From: a virus
Virus record (IMG/VR): IMGVR_UViG_3300030040_000052
Coordinates: 1-42,123 of that record
DNA: 42,123 nt
Direction: 5' to 3' (one strand)
Below the pieces are notes generated by a model that made no database searches, was not told the origin of the DNA, and saw only the letters and a program-made list of their open reading frames with translations. The position numbers were made by a program, and so were the translations under genes. The stretch's first letter is position 1. Each line of letters opens with the position of its first letter. Below, piece by piece: positions 39,627-42,123 of the stretch.

Positions 39627-41553
39627 GGTTAATTCTCAGCTCCTTGTCGTTTTCACTGACTACCAGGCGGATAGTCTGGCAGCCGCAGTGGTTCAGGTTG
39701 GTAACGCTTTCGGCATTGTCGATGAACAGGGGAACGCTCACGCCATAGGCGGCGCTCAGGGTGTCGATGATGTCAATGCCCACGTTGATTTTCATGCCGT
39801 TGTTCAGCCCGGTGTAGGGCACACCGTCATAGGTAACGTCGCACCGCTCCTCCACGCCGCCGTTGGCTTGCTCACGGAACAGCCGGAAGTTTGCCAGCTT
39901 GAAGTGGTGGTTGATGCCATCTTCCAGCGCCCCGGCCTTGAACCGGCTGAACTCGTCGGCCAGGTACAGCAGCTTTTCGACTTCACTCAGCGCCGCCGCC
40001 GCATCCTTGGCGTTCTTCCGCAGCTCCTGAATACGCCCCTGGGCATATTCCAGGGCGCTCTTTTTGCCCAGGATGGCAGTCTGCTTTTCAATTTCCCAGT
40101 CAATTTCCCGCTGCCGCGTCCGCAGCCCAGCGGTGGTGCTGTCTGCCTGTTTTTCAAGAGCTTCCAGCTCCGCTTCCTTCTGGGTAATCTTTTCCTTTGC
40201 CGCCGCTCTCCGCTCCTGGTAGCCATCAATGTCCTTAACCGCTGCCGCCTGGGATTGTGCCGCCACAATCCGGTCTTCCAGTGCCGCAATCTTCTCCTGG
40301 TAGCCCTGGATGTCCGCCAGCAACTTTTTTTCTTCCTGCTGATATTGACTCAGGTTCTCCTTCTGCCGCTTGCTGTCCGCCACCAGGCCGTCCATGGCCG
40401 CCTTCTGCCGGTCTGCCCAGGCGCTCACCGCCGCGTTCACCGCGCTTTCCGGGAGCCGCTGGCCGCAAGTGGGACAAGTCTCCGTTCCCTCGTACCGTTC
40501 GGCGCGCTTCTTTTTCCATTGCTCGCGGGATGCTTCAATGGCCTTTTCGCACCGGCTCTTTTCCAGCCCCAGCCGTTCCAGCTGCCGCTTGGCAGAGGAA
40601 AGATACCCCTCATTTTGCCGCAGTTCCCGTTCCAGTGCCGCCACATTTGGCTTTTGCGCCTCCTGCTCCATTCGGTAACGCCGGTTTTCCCCTTCCAGGC
40701 TGTCCAGCGCCATCTGGCTCTCCCGCACTTCCAGCCGCTTGGACTGCACCGCCGTGTTCTGTCGGATAGCCAACAGCTCTGCCATAATGGCATTCTTCCT
40801 CTCGGTCAACGCCTCCAGCTGCTCTGCCGCCCCCTCAAAGTCCAGCCCTTCCAGGTCTGCAATGGTTTTCTCACATTCGGAAATCCGGGCGGGGAGTTCA
40901 TTCCGGTCGGCCATCAGTCCCTTTTTCTTCTGGGTCAGCACTTTCCGCAGGTCGCCCAGCTCCATCCGCCCCAGGGCATCCAGCAGCGGGCAGAACTTCG
41001 CGCTCTTTTCCATAATCTCCCGGTCGCTCTCCGCGCCAAACAGGCTGAAAAGGGTCTCCCGCCGCTTCGCCCAGGGCATCACCTCCGGGAAGTAGTTCAC
41101 CGTGGTCAGCAGCCGGAAGGTGTCCTCGTCCACCAGTTCCGCCACAGCCGCCTTGTAGGCGTTCTGCTTGCAGGGCACGCCGTCCACATAGTAGTCGCTG
41201 GTGTTGCCGTCATAGCTGGCTTCGCTTGACCCCCGCTTGGTGCTCCAGATTTCGCGGTACGTCCGCTTCAAACTCCGCTCCTCGCCGTCCGCCAGCAGCA
41301 CCGCTTCCACTTCTGTTACGGCCTCATGGTCTGCTACCTCGCCGTTTTCGTTCAGGGGCTTGATGTCGATGTTCTTTTCTCCGTTTCCGGCGCTGTCCTT
41401 GCCGAACAGCAGCCAGCAGAAGGCATCATAGATGCTGGTCTTGCCCGTTGCATTGTCACCGTAGATGCTGGTGTCCTCCCCGCCGAAATCTACCGTCAGG
41501 CTTTTGTGGCACTTGAAATTTTCCATGTGGATAGAAATAAGCTTGATATTCAT
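39619..41553 (-). CDS. Rad50/SbcC-like ABC ATPase with CxxC zinc hook (644 aa)
   Basis: Walker A GDNATGKTS, long coiled coils flanking CPTCGQ, Walker B/D-loop PLFIDNAES. Confidence 0.9.
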   Translation of the reverse strand: MNIKLISIHMENFKCHKSLTVDFGGEDTSIYGDNATGKTSIYDAFCWLLFGKDSAGNGEKNIDIKPLNENGEVADHEAVTEVEAVLLADGEERSLKRTYREIWSTKRGSSEASYDGNTSDYYVDGVPCKQNAYKAAVAELVDEDTFRLLTTVNYFPEVMPWAKRRETLFSLFGAESDREIMEKSAKFCPLLDALGRMELGDLRKVLTQKKKGLMADRNELPARISECEKTIADLEGLDFEGAAEQLEALTERKNAIMAELLAIRQNTAVQSKRLEVRESQMALDSLEGENRRYRMEQEAQKPNVAALERELRQNEGYLSSAKRQLERLGLEKSRCEKAIEASREQWKKKRAERYEGTETCPTCGQRLPESAVNAAVSAWADRQKAAMDGLVADSKRQKENLSQYQQEEKKLLADIQGYQEKIAALEDRIVAAQSQAAAVKDIDGYQERRAAAKEKITQKEAELEALEKQADSTTAGLRTRQREIDWEIEKQTAILGKKSALEYAQGRIQELRKNAKDAAAALSEVEKLLYLADEFSRFKAGALEDGINHHFKLANFRLFREQANGGVEERCDVTYDGVPYTGLNNGMKINVGIDIIDTLSAAYGVSVPLFIDNAESVTNLNHCGCQTIRLVVSENDKELRINHG

Positions 41554-41554
41554 C

Positions 41555-41583
41555 TTGACATTTCCCTTTCCGTCATATACAAT
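41555..41583 (+). promoter_or_regulatory. Plus-strand promoter-like TTGACA-17-TACAAT antisense to early operon
   Basis: TTGACA 41555-41560 (abuts ATPase start codon), TACAAT 41578-41583. Confidence 0.4.
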
Positions 41584-41589
41584 GACACT

Positions 41590-41642
41590 GTAAATTTTTC
41601 CCCTTGCCGCTTTCCGGTCTCTCCCCGGGAGCGGCTTTTTTT
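41590..41642 (+). ncRNA. Candidate ~50-nt antisense RNA (promoter plus intrinsic terminator unit)
   Basis: Predicted start about 7 nt after the -10; ends at the 41606-41642 terminator; no ORF. Confidence 0.3.
41606..41642 (+). terminator. Plus-strand Rho-independent terminator
   Basis: GCCGCTTTCCGG-tctctc-CCGGGAGCGGC followed by TTTTTTT; on the minus strand the trailing sequence is AAGGGGAAAAA (poor terminator). Confidence 0.6.
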
Positions 41643-41943
41643 ATGCAATTGCCGCCGCCGTGAACACCGTCAGGCTCAACGCAAGCAAAAACAGCCAATT
41701 ATCGGTGAACGCTCTGGCCAGCAGGAACGCCACCGCCGCAGCGCTGAACGCCCTTCCAGCCGGAATCACGCGGCTCACATATTCCCGCTTTTCTAGCTCG
41801 GTCATGCGTTCCTCCACCACCAATGGCTGCCGGTGGTGAACCATTCGGATTGCTTCATTCGCGTCCCGGTCAAACCGCCGCTCCTCCTGCCGCTTCGCCA
41901 GCCGCGCTTTCATGGCATCAATTTCAGCGGGTGTTGCATTCAT
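41641..41943 (-). CDS. Small membrane protein (100 aa)
   Basis: ATG 41943 in ATGA overlap with upstream gene; C-terminal hydrophobic AAAVAFLLARAF..WLFLLALSLTVFTAAAIA. Confidence 0.65.
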   Translation of the reverse strand: MNATPAEIDAMKARLAKRQEERRFDRDANEAIRMVHHRQPLVVEERMTELEKREYVSRVIPAGRAFSAAAVAFLLARAFTDNWLFLLALSLTVFTAAAIA

Positions 41944-42123
41944 GGCTGTTCCTCCTTTTTGGCGAAAAGCCGCTCCATTGCAACCCTTGCGCCTTCTGCA
42001 TGGCTGTATTGGTCTTTTGGGCTGCACCGGGCTGTCGCGGTTTTCACAACGGTTCCTCCGCGAATCATCCTTGCCGTGGTTATGTTCCCGTCAAACCGGA
42101 TGACCACTTTCAGGTCATAGTCT
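41940..42123 (-). CDS. C-terminal part of the junction-spanning 137-aa protein (same gene as 1-329)
   Basis: Frame continues from nt 1 (= 42025) to TGA at 41940-41942. Confidence 0.7.
   Translation of the reverse strand, partial: DYDLKVVIRFDGNITTARMIRGGTVVKTATARCSPKDQYSHAEGARVAMERLFAKKEEQP
42025..42123. repeat. Terminal overlap copy 2 (identical to 1-99)
   Basis: Exact identity read by eye. Confidence 0.95.

Larger units (their letters stand above)
1..42123. mobile_element. Complete circularly closed temperate phage genome (unit 42,024 bp)
   Basis: nt 1-99 identical to 42025-42123; integrase+attP, repressor switch, replication, packaging, capsid, fibre and lysis modules fill the whole window. 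Confidence 0.9.

Noticed and set aside
39502-41229. 575-aa plus-strand ORF opposite the Rad50-like ATPase
   Set aside because: The translation is Leu/Pro/Gln/Arg-rich with no motifs. The minus-strand frame has Walker A/B motifs, a zinc hook and coupled neighbours.
1-42123. Diversity-generating retroelement, retron or other reverse-transcriptase system targeting the fibre gene
   Set aside because: No ORF has RT motifs (YxDD), and I found no template/variable repeat pair.

Overview
This window is one complete temperate phage genome, circularly closed. Nt 1-99 repeat exactly at 42025-42123, so the unit is 42,024 bp and the ORF cut at nt 1 continues at 42024. Signals look Firmicutes/Clostridia-like: AGGAGG RBSs, ATGA/GTGA-coupled genes, a Dp-1-type holin and a Prp/L27-type capsid leader.

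Layout:
(i) A plus-strand lysogeny block (1965-5040) holds an XRE/cI-like repressor, a secreted moron protein, a membrane-anchored HTH protein and a Zn-ribbon tyrosine integrase. It ends in attP at about 5107-5153. attP is the 3' half of a tRNA-Lys(UUU) gene flanked by four GTTACAGACAC arm-type repeats.
(ii) Nearly everything else runs on the minus strand around the circle:
- early genes 1805->333 and across the junction
- Rad50/SbcC-like ATPase, DUF669-like protein and MBL hydrolase (41553-38305)
- replisome organizer with an internal iteron origin (37808-37908)
- PAPS-reductase-like protein and Dam methylase
- terS, terL, portal, Prp, scaffold and an N4-gp56-like capsid protein
- adaptor-like and nozzle-like proteins
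- internal-virion proteins, including one 3,528-aa ORF (11772-22358, a quarter of the genome)
- fibre genes, endolysin and holin

There are no tail tube, sheath or tape-measure genes. The gene order is T7/N4-like, so I infer a podovirus.

Three self-contained accessory cassettes interrupt the backbone:
- A plus-strand four-gene operon (32554-34845) has a near-consensus promoter carrying a palindromic operator and ends in a 46-aa RHH protein. The architecture is anti-defence/Aca-like; the function is unknown.
- A three-gene cassette (5287-6771) next to attP has its own promoter and an upstream terminator. It encodes Gly/Tyr/Cys-rich proteins.
- The secreted-protein moron (2636-3313).

The most interesting items are the giant polyvalent-type virion ORF, the RHH-terminated operon and the attP-proximal cassette. 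Two weaker candidates are a 32-aa type-I-toxin-like peptide at the genetic switch and a roughly 50-nt antisense RNA at 41590-41642. All functional calls come from reading motifs by eye; no database search was possible.
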